A stretch of 64,000 nt of DNA from Podarcis bocagei. Lineage: Eukaryota. Of the stretch, positions 12,099-25,692 are shown one piece after another. Each line of letters opens with the position of its first letter. Within the stretch, counting starts at the first letter, position 1. Under the pieces are notes generated by a model, which ran no database searches, had not been told where the DNA came from, and saw only the letters and a list, made by a program, of their open reading frames with translations. The DNA is taken from NCBI GenBank assembly GCA_964188305.1, contig OZ076885.1; one strand, written 5' to 3'. A program made the position numbers and the translations under genes.

Positions 12099-15000
12099 CA
12101 TATAATCTTGCCAGTCTTGTTTAAATGGTAATGAGCTTCTTTGAAACCCTAGTTTGAATTTTGAAGATTCCCTATGCCCTGCCTAGTCTAACTTTCTGTG
12201 TTCCTCGTGCACTGGGAATGTCATGAATGGGAAGCTATTATTTTACCAGCAAGGGGTCAACATGGAGCATGATTATTCAAAATAATTTGCCTTCCAAGGC
12301 ATGAGGTTAGGATGATGAGGATTGAATTGTAGTTTATAAATGTGGAGCATTTCCTGGAGCATGTCTTACTTTTCCAAGTTTTACTTTAAGATAGAAGTTT
12401 AAATTTCATTGTAAAAAACAGAAAAAGGTGAAGACTGATAATTTCAGAACTGAAGGGTGCACATTCCTGATGAAATACAATTTGAAAAGAAATGTCTAAT
12501 AATGCATTTGAAAAGAAATCATTAAATCAGGAAGGAAACTTGCAGAAACTCCTATTTGAACTTAGTAAGAGTATATTTGAGAAAGGGCTTCCACAAATTG
12601 CATGACAATTGATATGAACACTTGCAAAAACTGGTGATCAAGAATTGTCACCTAGAATTGTTAGCTAGCTGCTTGTAAATTCATTAACTTGTATTTTGCA
12701 ACACTGGCACTTATTTGTATTGAATGCTTTTATAATCACCACATTATTATTGGCTGAAATATACAACTATAAAAATTCATAGAATGAGAGACACACCATT
12801 ATCAAGACTTTTATTTAGGTATAGCGGCTAATGGAGTGTGCAGAATAATAGAAGAGCCTTTCATTTGCTAGCATCAAATTTATTGCTTACGTTATTTCAA
12901 ATTTGAACATGGATAACTTCACATCTTTATAACCTCATAAACAAATTATTCCAATTGTGCCACGAAGTTTGCAAGTACCTGTCTGTGTGGCAAAGCATAA
13001 GCAATTTTTTATAGCTTATTCCAGAGATTTCTGATTTTTAAAAATAATAATCTTCGAAGCTAGTAGAAATGCTAGTTCTTTTCTGTAGCTCACATTGAGT
13101 AATGCGCAGCAGCACATCTGGTCTTGCTACCAATTTTTCTTTCAGCAGGACCCCTATTCAGAAATTAAGTAGCAGCATGAATGTGGGGGCCTGCCCTTCT
13201 AGATGCCAATGTGTGCTCTGACTGTACCCTCTGGCCAATGTCTTGTCAGTCTCAGTCTGAAGAGGCCATATGTACTCACATAGGGATCTCTGCAGGGGTG
13301 AGAATGCCTAGCCAGCTTATCCTTGCCAGCTCATTCATGCATTTAGTACCCTCAAAAAGCCACAACTAGTCCCAGCCTTCTAAAGGATATACATATGATA
13401 TATGTTTCCAAACTCCCACCTGGAAGTTTCAGAACAATTCCATCTTCATGTGCCAGGTATGACTCTGCAGGTACAGTAATGTTACATGGATGTTTCCTGC
13501 AGGCAGCACACAGTATGTGTGACGTGCATCTATACTATTCAGGTATTTAAAGATGCGGGTGTGTGAGCCATACTTTGATTTTGATAGGGTGAACATAACA
13601 GAAATGCTAATGAATCTGTGGCAATTGTGTCTGCAGTGTAGAGCTGGCATTGCAGGGTCTGTTTTTTTGGGGGGGGGGCATGCATTTGCAATAACAATCA
13701 ATGTAGTCCTAAAATTGTGCTCTTATGTGAAGAGGCCCTCAAGTTAACTTCGTAAGACACACTCCTGGAGTTAGACAGGAAGCTCTAGAAAGGATTTTGA
13801 GAACCATTAGAAGGAAAATTTTAGACGTTGGAAGGAAATATTTCAGGCACTTTATTCTTCCTGCATACAGATTAGTACAAATGAGATGGGCTGGTGTTGG
13901 ATGGAGTTGTCCAAGTAAATTATAGCCTCCCTGCAAAAGGGAGAGGATTATCTAGCTGCTATATTTTACATGCTGATTCCTATTTCAGTCCCTTTCTGTG
14001 TGTGCTTTAAAATGACAGCTTAATCCTGATTAATCATTTGGAATACTCTTTTTTTTTTTTAAAAAAAAAAATAGTCTATCTAGTTAAATATTTGGAATAG
14101 CCCAAATATTCTTGTCTGCAGTTTGACTTCAGCTGACTAATTTTCTCCATCATAGCATGGGGAAGGCATCAACTTTATATTGTCCACAGTATAAATCAAT
14201 GTGAGTGTGTAGCATGCTGTGGTAAGGCTGAGATCCCCTACTGGGATTGAGCCCCACTAAACTCAATGGGACTTGCTGCTGAGTAGGCATGTAGAGGATT
14301 ACATTGCTAACTTCAGTTGAAACTTGGAGCCACCAACTTGCAAATAATTACACTATATTTTAAGTTGTGACTTTACATGGATTTTGCACAACGTTTGCTT
14401 TCTTTCTAAAAAAATGTATTGGGCTGTGTATTCAGTGAAGTTGTCCTTTCCACTCAAGGACTTCTATTTGGATTGTGCAACTTCCCTTTCCCCTCCTCCT
14501 CTTATGCACCCTCCAAATCTGTTCTGCTTTTGTTGTTTGGGGGGTGGGGGGTGGGCACACCCCTGCACGAATGGGACACGTTTGTGGGTTGTAATCAGTT
14601 GATCCCTCTGTGGCTGTTACTATTGAACAGTGTTGCCAAGAAAGTGTTGCTAGCAATACATTAATTTCACAGAACTTTTAAAAAGAAAGCAAACTTTGCT
14701 CAAGTTACAGTTTAAACTGACTTTGCTCAGTTAAGACAAACCCATCATTCCATTGCAGTGCTATAAACAAGGAGTGATACATTTTGTAAAAAATTGGTGC
14801 AGGTCTAGGGGCCTGACCATCCTGGCTGAACACTACCTACAGTCCCTGTGTTGTGACTTTCCAGGTGCTTGATAACCCTCTTGAGAACCATCTATGGAAT
14901 ACTTTTTCCAGGGAGGCCCATTGGATGCCCACTTTGTCATTGTTTTGATACCATACAAAAACGTTTTTCATTTGGGGAAGCACTTAGGGAGCATCACTGA

Positions 15001-17521
15001 TTAGTTGTTATTACTCTACTCCGATTATGTTTTTAATATGTTTTTTATATACTGCATCACTGCATTTTATCCTTGTGAATCGCTTTGGGACTTTCCGTTC
15101 TGTGAAGGGATTCATAAATTGATAAACTGAAAAGCTGCCAAAAACAGTTGGTTTGACTTTGCATCTCTCCCCTGTCCCACAGCTTTGAGCCTTGGGGGCG
15201 GTTTAGATTTTGATCTGTTAATGTGGGGGGTGGCCACACTCCTTCTGTCAGCTGTCAGGTTCCCTTGATCACAGCGTGTGTCTGGACAAAAGCAAGAGCA
15301 AATTAAAATCATTACATTTCTAGCCTGCATGCACATATACACACCTGCAGAATTTCCCTAGCATTCCGGGGTCCCTCTTCTACACCTGTTAAATTTCTTG
15401 GCCCATCCTAGAGCTGCGTTTGAAATATTCCAGAATTGGTCCCATACTGCACCACAGTTGTTCCTATTGACCTCAAGGGATCCCAACAGCAATGCATACC
15501 TGCAGTTGTTTGTAGGTCACAAGTTATGGGTGAGTTGGGAAAGGTTTAGCGAACTGAGGTCTGTGGAACTGCAGAAGAGAACAGATATAGCATAGTGTTT
15601 AAGAGTAAGAGCTGCAAGTCTCCATTTTGAATCTCAGCTTAGCCATAATATCATTCATTAAGGTCCTTAGGAAAGTCAGTATTTATAAGCTACATATTGT
15701 AATATGACCATTTGTGATGGGTGAGCTCCTTTGGCTCATGTTGGAATGGCTCCAAATCTCATACCCTTACCCCCAAATCTCCAATCCTCTCTTTTCTACC
15801 TACTGCCTTACTTTACTAGGGTGCTCTGATGGAATCATTAATACTCTCAAACTGTAGGGAGCAGAAGGAAATCTGTCTCCTTATCTCTCTCAAACCTGAC
15901 ACCCTACATAACTGGTCAGTCCTCAAATTCCAGTGTCTATATTCCTTGCAAAAGCTACATTACCCAGGAGTTATGGGCAGCCTAGTACACTAGTATATGG
16001 TGCACTAGATATGGGGGGGGGGAATCTTCATCTCCTCTCTTTGTTGCTTTCCAGGCAACCAGAGCATGAATGATAGGTAGAATTGAATGGAACTGAGGAT
16101 GTTGTTTGGCCAGTGAGATGGGTATTGCTACTCTGGCTCAGATTAAAATCCTACCCAGGGAAGAATTTGAGGGCTGAAATACTCACTTTGTAGTGGAGGA
16201 GAATGTTTCAGGTTCTTGAAACTTAACTCAGTCCAAGCCTGGAAGTACGAGTTTGATGGCATCACTTGTGAGACTAATGACACTGGTTTACTTTCCAGGA
16301 TTACTATACGTGAAGTGCCGTGAGCATCTGTGGGAAGTGAAATTATAAATACTAGCATTATGGAATTAACTCTCTCTAAAAAATTCAGTCAAGTTTCTTA
16401 AGTTCAGGAATGCACAAATGCAGAAATGTTTAACTTTTTCTAAAAGCAACATATTGAAAATAGTGGAAAATGAGAGATGTTTTATGTCTGGCATGTTTTG
16501 ATCACTACCTAATGTGGCGAATACTTTGCATTGGCATCCCATCTGTATCAAACAGTTGTAAATAATGACCCATCTGCTTGAAAATGGTGATTTTGTTAGC
16601 ACATTCATGAATTCAGTGCTTTGCATAATTATGTTTATTAAAGAAATGCACCTGAGTTTCCATTTTTAAACTGTTTTTTTCTGAACTGCAACATTTCTGT
16701 AGGTCTATGTTAATAGGAATGGTTTGCAGAAAACACATACACACCAAAGTCCTGTTTAGGCTGTGTGCTGCTTTTTGTTTTGCTTAGCTTGAGTCGTTTT
16801 TCAAAATAATATTTGGGAATGACAGTGGCTGTATAGAATCATGAAGACCTAATTGTGTTTCCATATCATGTAAATGATTTTAAATAAAAAAACACCCAAT
16901 TTATTTTAAAGGCAACCATTCTTGAGTTGAAATCGAAGGCTGAAAAGTCCACCTCTTGGGAATGTCACATCTTGAGAGTTGGGCAAAATAAATGTCAGGG
17001 ATGATTAACTTAAAATCATCATTTCTTTGCAGTTTAATTTAGTAGTTGTTCACAAACCTCTATTAAATATGACTGAACAGTCAGATGTATAGGGGGAGAA
17101 AACACTAGCACAGGATCAGAGAGAGAAAGAAGCAATCTATACAACTCAGTAGTTTTATGGCAAGCCATAAATCATCACTAAGGCCCTCTCCCTCCTCCTG
17201 TATATGTGTATCTTTCACGTCTCGGGTTTGTTCATTTCCCTCTCATTTATCTTATCTGCTTGTGTCTTTTTTTTGTCTGTTTCTTTTAAAAAAAGAAGTC
17301 CAGAAAAATTGTGACTTCTTAGCATTCCTTCCTACTGTCCCTCATGCCCATAAACAGCTTAGTTTGATTTGACATTTAGTGCTGTGTTTCTGGTTGGATC
17401 AAAAGGAAAGTCCTGTTAGAAATGGGCTCCCCCACCCTTCTTCCCCCTTTCACCCCCCAGTGGCCCCCAAACTCTCTCCAGCAGTCTGTAGGTCACTGCT
17501 GAATGCGGTGGGCTCTGGCAT

Positions 17522-17973
17522 GGGGCAATCCCAAGTATACGAAGCCTGCGCAATTTATGCCAGCTTAATTTCCAACATCATAAATTAGCCCTGTTCCAAA
17601 CTCCATTCAGAAGCAGGGTTCCTGCTAGCTTAGCCAGCCTAAGTGCAGCAGAGGGAAAACAAGCTGTTAAAATAGCGATTGGTTTACTCTTTTTGCTGGT
17701 GTGAGTTCTGCCAGGTTGCTTCCTGCCTCTTCCACTCCCCTAGAACACCCATTTTTCAGAGCTTACGCCAGCGTAAGATCCAGCGGACTCAGCTCAGCTG
17801 GCTAAATCCAGGCTAAGCCCAGGGGAGGGAGTTACACTGGCATATCTCTGGCTGAGCTGGGATATGGTTTTCTTATTTTTTTGCAAGCTGTACCAGGAAG
17901 CAGCCTGTTGAGCCGGAGAGCTGCTGGGTCTTAATTTGCTCATCCCAGTGGACCTTGGATTTGGATTGCTTCC
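17522..17973. mobile_element. Decayed PIF/Harbinger-like MITE
   Basis: GGGGCAATCC ... GGATTGCTTCC ends and a partly palindromic interior (CTTACGCCAGCGTAAG). Confidence 0.4.
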
Positions 17974-20468
17974 TCAGACTGCAAGGTGTAAGCAGAGATC
18001 AATATTTAGTTGCTTGTGAGAGCAATTTTTAAAATATTATGTAAAGAAATCTGTCTGCTGGAGGCTATTTTGACTTCCATCATGGGGAATAACTGAGGGA
18101 ATAGTTGCTATATTTCCATCTGAAAACCCCCCAGAGCTTTTCTGTTATATTGAGCTGGGGAACTCTAGGAGCCAAACCTGCAGTCTTCTCTACCTGGCCT
18201 CACACGGTGAGGGCCCAGATGTTCTTCCGATTGTAGCTTGGCTTCTGTTTAAATCCATGCATGAAAAGCAGCTTGCCCTGCACCCTTCGGCCCATGAATC
18301 CACACCCCACACCTCAGCTTTTGCATAGAAAATTACAGTAATTGCCTCAACTGTCTCATGAATCCTAGCAGGGTCCAAGAATTAAGCAAATGTTACCTAC
18401 TGTCTTTCTTGCTCTGCTTGCCGTTGCACAGTTTTGCATCATCTAAAACTCATTTAGTTGATTGATATAGCAATAAAAATACATTTACTAGCAGCCAAGA
18501 TAAAAAGCTTTGCTAAACAGTCTTTGTCAAATACGAATCTTCTTCACATGATTTCATCTCCCTCCCTCCCCTTTTTTAAAGGAAAAAAAGACAAGGGCTC
18601 AGTAGCGAGGGGAAAAAAACAGGATACCTGACAACCTTAAAGCAGATGAGAGATTGTTTTCAGCATGGGAATATCAATTCATAGAATTTAAAGCGATAAC
18701 ATTTTGCATGATAAGGACTGGAAAACAAACTGAAACCGGCAGGTAGTAACTATAAATGTTTCAAAATGATTCAACAGCAATGAATAATAGGGCCAGTGCA
18801 AGACATGTCAATGTTTGAGCCAAGGGGAGTCACCGCTCTCCCTCTTCTCCTCCATGGCCCCCCCTTCTTGCTCCCTGTTTACTTCTAAATGTTTTTCCCC
18901 TGTTAACTTGGAGGTATCGTGCCTCCTTCTCTTTGCCCTGTCTCCTCTACCTTGCTCTGAGGATGCAAAGGTGGGCTTTCCTCGGAGCAAGACATTCTGG
19001 GAGAGGAGGCTCAAGAGAGTGCTATTTGGCCACGAAGGTAACTTTTTATTATTTAGAGAAAAATTAGCACCTTGCCCTGGGTGCTTAACATTGAGTAATG
19101 GCTTGTGTGGGAAGCCATGTGTTGGCCAAGGGCTCTGATTGGTGGCAGTAGCAATGCACTTGCTGCTGAACGGTGTCTCAGCACAAATAGATAGCACCAA
19201 TCTATAGCTGTACAAAATCTATAGATTCCATAGATCTGTGGGCCAGGCTGTTCCATTTTGGGTGAAGGAAAATGGCACATTGCCCCTGTGGATGGAAGCA
19301 GCCCCACTGTGTGCCTGTAACTACAATTGGCACCCGAAAGTCTGCTGGGAGGGCAATGACTGGCACTGCAGTGAGGAATCCTCCTTACTGCTCAGGGCCC
19401 CGCCAATGCCCAACCTGACTGACTGCTGGCACCTGATAATGGAGACCTGATAGATGCAGTTTTCTTCCCTGAGTGCGCAGCTGCTGTAATGCACATTAGT
19501 CTGGGGCGTGTTGGAGGAAGGGGTGTGACATTCTGTGATACTGAGCCACAGAACAGCCTGTTGGATGCTCTCTGTCATATTTGAGCATTTTATACAAACT
19601 CTTGCAAGACATCCTTGGGAAGTCAATTTTAAGTATCTCAGTGTCTTAGCACAATGGAAGAAGACCTCTAGCACCCGAATGAACTCATTAAAGGGCAGAT
19701 CCTGCTGTGCATCATCCAGCCACAGCTTTGTGCTTAATTCAAAACAGTAACCTGTGTGGGAAGAGGCTTTGTGTGTGACAGGTGCAGTTGCGTCTGTTTC
19801 AAAAGTATATCAGTGTGGTGTTGCATTGCGTAGGCAAAGGAAAACTGAAATAGCAATTGTGAAATCTCCTCCCTTCCCTTGAAGAAAATGATACGGTTGA
19901 AATCTACTCAGCTTCGATGATACCCTGTCATCTGTGAGACACAGTAAGAGGACAGTGATTTGAAGGGAAAAGGTGGTGCAAATCAGTGATCTCTCCACCC
20001 ACCCTGCAAGAAAATATCTTAAATAATCAGAACACCAGTGGGTTTCAGTTGGTGGCTGAGCTTGAAGGAGTATACTCTTTATCACTTTCCCTGTAACTTA
20101 GGTAACTTGAGAGCTGAATCTCCTGCCCACATTTGATTTAGTAAAACGAAAATGTCTTTTGCTTATTCAGTTTGATAAAGGGCCTTGCTCATGGTAAGAC
20201 CTTGTTGCATCCCTGGCATGGTAAATACCATCTTTTACCACATGGGGGAGTATTGGCAAGAAATACGCATCACATGAGACTGGCAAAGTAGAATAATCTT
20301 GTGATTAATCTGACCATTAACTGGTTTTAAAATAGCAGTCCACAGGCAATTTCAGCCCTTGGATTTTATGGTGGTGGGAATCTTACCTGTTCCTAATTCT
20401 GGCCTGAACCCTGATTGATTTGGGTCTAGATTTGGTTCATAATGCCTTGCATTTCTTAACACCATATA

Positions 20469-20691
20469 CAGTGGTACCTCGGGTTAAGAACTTAATTCGT
20501 TCTGGAGGTCCATTCTTAACCTGGAACTGTTCTTAACCTGAAGAACCACTTTAGCTAATGGGGCCTCCTGCTGCCGCTACGCCGGAGCACGATTTCTGTT
20601 CTCATCCTGAAGCAAAGTTCTTAACCTAAGGTACTATTTCTGGGGTAGCGGAGTCTGTAACCTGAAGCGTCTGTAACTCGAGGTACCAATG
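20469..20691. mobile_element. Tc1/mariner (pogo/Tigger-type) MITE
   Basis: TA|CAGTGGTACCTCGGGTTA ... TAACTCGAGGTACCAATG; reverse-complement relative of 44251-44508. Confidence 0.88.
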
Positions 20692-21887
20692 ATTTTAGTT
20701 ACACTTTTGTGGTTTGTTTTGTTACGATTTCATTTCTTACTTATCAGTACAAGGCTACAAGAAGGTGGTGTCAAAATCCAAAACAACCTAATGCTAAAAT
20801 TCATTAGAAATTGTTTGTGTGTTAACCTTAAACGTATTTTAAGTGGTGAACAATTCCACACACGAATTGAAACTAGTTTATACAACTCTGAACATGGCTT
20901 AGGGCTGTAACGTTGGGATGTGGGTCAAGACTTTCTTCTCATTCCTTCTCTGGCTGGGTTTTGTTCTGCATCAATAATGTCTTTGCCCCTTTGGCATTGA
21001 GGAAAACTTGACATTTTTTTTTTGGTCATACTCTGCTGCCTCATAGGCCTTTTCCTACAGAGTTACATCTCCAAACTTGGGTATTCAGTCATGGGAGTAA
21101 AAATACGTGTTGAGTACGATTCTGCTTTGCCATAATCTAGCACAGGGGTTCCCAAAGGGACCACCAGAGGTTTGTGAGCTTCATTCATGTGGTCAGCATG
21201 GGTGACATTTCTGTGTGCTAACTTAACAACTAGTGAGGTTTTCTGTTATGCAGAGAAAGATATATCAGGATAATACTCATAACTGGACCTTTTTAATTTT
21301 GTATTTCTGAACAGAATAGTTGGGTGTGTTTTATTATATTTAATTATTTGAAGAGGAAAGACATTTTAATGCTGTTGCTTGGGGATTCTAAATGCATTAG
21401 CAAAGGATTGGCTCTAATTAATTCCACAGTCTATGATAATTATCAAGTAAAGCAGCCTCATAAAAGCATACAATTACATTGAAGCAAATGCATATTTGAT
21501 CATTAATTAGTAAACCATCAAAAGCAACGCTGCAGATGTTTGTCGTTTTGTATAACAGAATTAAATCTGGTCACAGTAATCATGGTATACCTAAATGGGT
21601 ATCTTGGCAGCAGCAATAATTTTGAAGCCTTTATGTGGTCGATTTCCTGCAGTGTATGTTTATGGTAATGTGTTTACATATGTCTGAGCATGTTGAAGTG
21701 TTAATCTGCTCCTGGGGTGGCTATCCTCCAGAAGCTCCTACTTCCATCAGCCCCTGCCCCCATAGCCAGGATGATGATCAAAAGAGCCATAGGTCATCCA
21801 TCCCTGATCTATTACAAGCCTAGATGTACTTGGTTAAGATCACCAACTCTACAGCACACACAGAAGCGCTCTCTCTCTCACACTCAT

Positions 21888-21888
<1 letters not shown>

Positions 21889-21926
<38 letters not shown>
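21889..21926. repeat. (CA)n microsatellite
   Basis: Direct read. Confidence 0.97.
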
Positions 21927-21928
<2 letters not shown>

Positions 21929-22484
21929 GGCTGTCCCAGATGCTGTACTGTATATCCCATGATACTTTGTTTTAATGATGTTTATGCTAGGTACAATTAT
22001 CCTGTGTACAGTACCCCAAGTGCAGTATTATTTAACACCATTCCTCCTATTTCTGAAGTTCAGATGTGAGCGATGAGCCTTCTGTAGTCAAAACTGCTCA
22101 CAGCATTCATTCACGAGATGTAGATGTCAGCAGGCCTGAGGGGATTCCAGGGTTTTGAGAAGCGAGGCACCACTGCTGAAGGAGGGATGGATGCCTCTGA
22201 CACCCTACTGAGGACTGAGCACACTCAGTAGCCACAGACTGTTGCATCTCTGTAGGGTGCAGAGAAACATGGCATCACCTGGAAGTGGTCAGAGAGAAAA
22301 GGAAGGCATGGCTGCAGCTGCCCAAAAGATGCCAGCTTGTGGCGGATCAGCTGGCAGGAAAAGTTAGCTGGGAAAGAAGACAAGGGTAGAGGAGAGGTCC
22401 AGAGGAGAGCAGTAGGTAAGCAGGTAAATCTGTGCATCTTTCCCCCTGTTGTTCTTGACTCCAGTTCTCTCCCTCTGCTTCCTT

Positions 22485-22790
22485 GAGAGCCAGTGTGGTG
22501 TAGTGGTTAAGAGCGGTAGTCACGTAATCTGGGGAACCGGGTTCGCGTCTCCGCTCCTCCACATGCAGCTGCTGGGTGACCTTGGGCCAGTCACACTTCT
22601 CTGAAGTCTCTCAGCCCCACTCACCTCACAGAGTGTTTGTTGTGGGGGAGGAAGGGAAAGGAGAATGTTAGCCACGTTGAGACTCCTGAAGGGGAGTGAA
22701 AGGCGGGGTATCAAATCCAAACTCCTCCTCCTCCTCCTCTTCTTCTTCTTCTTCTTCTTCTTCTTCTTCTTCTTCTTCTTCTTCTTCCTT
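22485..22790 (+). mobile_element. Squam3(B)-type SINE, full length, (CCT)(CTT)n tail
   Basis: GAGAGCCAGTGTGGTGTAGTGGTTAAGAGC A box, GGTTCGCGTC B box, CORE-like GGGTGACCTTGGGCCAGTCAC; TSD-like CTTCCTTG at 22478-22485 and 22784-22791. Confidence 0.9.
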
Positions 22791-23407
22791 GTCCAAGAGG
22801 ATGCAGAAGAGATACAGAGATATAAAAAGGATGGAGAGAAACATTCTCATTTTCTGGAGAGGTAATTTCCCAGTTCGAACTGGGAAGGTATTGTTAAACA
22901 CCTCCAGGGGCAAAAGGAAAAGCTGCCCATAGAGAGGAAGAGAGAAATCCAAGAGAAATCCAGCATTGGGCATCAGTATGTTAAGTGCCCCCCCCACTAC
23001 CAAAAAAATAAAGGATAGCAGCAAATAATGCAAATTTGAAAGCAAATGCAGTGCATTGGCGCCATGGTTCAAGTTAGAAGGGGATGTGATTTTAAGCTAG
23101 ACATGCTAGAGCTCAGGTAGACCTTGGCGCTTGAGTGAGGCTTGTCTGTAACAGGAAGTTCCTTTATATGTCTTCCTGTCCAGGAGGAGCCCATGGTCAA
23201 CCTTGGATGGTTGCACCCAAGCCTGTGTGAAAGGTTCTTTTTTGAGACACAGCAGTTCATTTATTAAGAGACTGTATATGCCTCCTTTCGTTTCTAAACA
23301 AAATGCCAAGGTGGTTCACAATCAAGAGCCAAGAGTGAAGGGAAAATGTTCCCCACATGAAGACATCCACACAGCCTGGAACCTTGGATTGCACAGGCTT
23401 CCCATGG

Positions 23408-23575
23408 ATGCCTTCTTGTGTACGTAGAAGGTTCAATCACTGACATGTCCAGTTAAAAAGAATTAGCAGGTGATGGGAAATACTTCAGATGGAGACCCCG
23501 GAAAGTTGTTGCCAGGCGGAGTAGATCATATTATATTAGACAGATATTCCGACATAGCTTAAGGCAGCTTCCTGT
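23408..23575 (+). mobile_element. Decayed tRNA-Ala-type SINE
   Basis: AGAAGGTTCAATCACTGACAT..GAGACCCCGGAAAG..TGCCAG..TAAGGCAGCTTCCT. Confidence 0.55.
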
Positions 23576-24834
23576 TTGTAGCTATGATTAGGGTAAATAA
23601 CATCATTGGTAAAGTAATTAATTGCATGCTGTCAGCATTTATGGAGCAAGCAAGTAGTAGTGGATAAAAGCTTTGTCTGGAGTCTTCATTTGCGAGGATA
23701 TGAAATATTTGACATGCTAGAGAGAGGGTGAAGTTCATCCTGTGGTGCCTTTTATGCCACATCTACTGAAAGACAGTGAAGATATTAAGTGTTTTGAAAG
23801 TTCAAGATAATTTTCATGCCAAGTACAATAGGAGTTCAACTCTATTTTAGTCAATGAATGCATATCTACTGTTATAAGAACCTTGTGACTCTATCTCTGC
23901 CATTATTATCATTCAAATATTTCACTAGATTGCTCTCATGGTTGGGTTTCTTTTATTCCACCTGCAATCATATAGTTGCAGCTATAGCTTGTTCTGTATT
24001 TAATCCTCAGTATTTTCCACCCAGATAATTGCTTCTTTCGGTTTAATCCCCTTTTCCTCCTTTCTTTTCTTCCATAAACCTGGCTGTGCTCTTGTTTGCA
24101 AGGCACAGGTCACTTATGTATGTCATTCTTTTCTCTTTTTTCCCTGAACTGTCAGACAGTTATGCCAGGGAGGAGCTAATTCTGCCCTCTCTCCATGTGA
24201 TGGGAGGTAATGGTATAAACAGACCTGGCGATTAGGCAGTGGCTTTTGAGTATCCTGAAAGTGCAGAAGATTGTTGGCTATTTAATTTAGTACTATTATA
24301 TTTTTACTCCCAAGGAGCAGCACGTGTGTGGGATTTTCTACCCCAGGTGCCAAAATGAATTGGCTGGGTTGGGTTATTACGCACCTTCACTCTGGCAAGT
24401 TGGCTATTCTGCCTTAGGCTGCAAAATGCCTTCAGCATAAAAGTTAAGCCTGTTTAATTCCGCATCAATTTCTGTGGGAGAGTGAAGCACAAGCCTAACT
24501 CTGTCCCTTTGAAGCCGCTGTGATCTGAAATTCTTTTTACTAGGTCAATTATATTCAAAATGCACATGCCATTTGCCTGACAGGGAGAAGTATTCATAAT
24601 TTACCACATTATTACAAGTCCTATTATGTCATGGTAATAGCACCTAGTTAGAATGCTTCCCTTGAACCCCCTCACTCATAGAAACAAAGGAGGGGGTTGT
24701 GGGTTCCCAAGCACTGCCTACACCCCTTGGTGGTAAAGTGATATAAAGGGGTCCTATGCATTTAGGATTCCTCCACATGATGGGGATCCTGCACTAGTTA
24801 GGTTCCTCAGTTGCATGGAGAAGCTCTGTGCATG

Positions 24835-25125
24835 TAGGGTTGCCATACGCCCGGGAATTCCTGAGCATGTCCTCTTTTGGGGTTCCTACATGCCTATCCG
24901 GGGGGGTATTTTTGAAAGCAAATGTTCTGGATTTTGAATTGTTCGTTTTTTTAAAAAAAATGTGTGTATGGGCAGTTTTGGTTCAGGCTCTGACTTTGGT
25001 GTGCTAGGCCTGGGCTCTGGCGCCCTGGGCACGATGGTGGCAGAAGGGCTATCTGGCAATTGCCCTAAAAATGCTCTACATCTTTTTGTGTCTGGAATTT
25101 TGCCTCTTGAAGTATGGCCACCCTA
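24835..25125. mobile_element. hAT (Blackjack-like) non-autonomous element
   Basis: TIR TAGGGTTGCCATA / TATGGCCACCCTA; decayed 8-bp TSD TGTGCATG vs AGTACATC. Confidence 0.7.
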
Positions 25126-25446
25126 AGTACATCTAAACATGAATGGCATTCAGGTGTGTCCTTCACACACCAAACAGTGCCAGCAGTTGCATTGGCACTG
25201 GGCACCAAGCTTGGCCCTCTCACACTTTCAATAAATGCCTGAGGCTCACCCTGCCCTCCTGAGTGTACCTTCCTTAGAGAATCATGAATCAATGTTTTGA
25301 AATGTAATTGAAGTTTTTAACTTGAGTCACTGGGTCTTCTGAAATCAGAACTTGTCGGCTCCATGTTGTCATACTATAGCCTGATGTATTATGTACTGTA
25401 CTATGCCCTGATATGGGCTCTGCATGTGCAGTCATGATTGTATATG

Positions 25447-25692
25447 AGAAGAAGAGTTTGGATTTGATATCCTGACTTTCACTCCCCTTGAGGAGTCTCA
25501 AAGCAGCTAACAATCTCCTTTCCCTTCCTCCCCCACAACAAACACTCTGTGAGGTGAGTGAGGGTGAGAGACTTCAGAGAAGTGTGACTGGCCCAAGGTC
25601 ACCCAGCAGCTGCATGTGGAGGAGCGGAGACGCAAACCTGGTTCACCAGATTACGAGTCTACTGCTCTTAACCACTACACCACACTGGCTCT
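25447..25692 (-). mobile_element. Squam3(B)-type SINE, full length
   Basis: Reverse complement highly similar to 22485-22730; TGAGAAG on both flanks. Confidence 0.9.

Noticed and set aside
16100-16330. Coding-looking stretch, possible viral or ERV remnant
   Set aside because: No recognisable domain in any frame and multiple stops; would need tBLASTx.
22064-22105. Hammerhead-like TGTGAGCGATGA..AAAACTGCTCACA (also CTGATGA..GAAA at about 12467 and about 1081 minus)
   Set aside because: Core nucleotides missing, stems II/III and the NUH site not formed.
22665-23072. Poly-E/F/S ORFs (also 40574-40917, 55763-56333, and ORFs spanning N gaps)
   Set aside because: Artefacts of microsatellites or gaps lacking stop codons.
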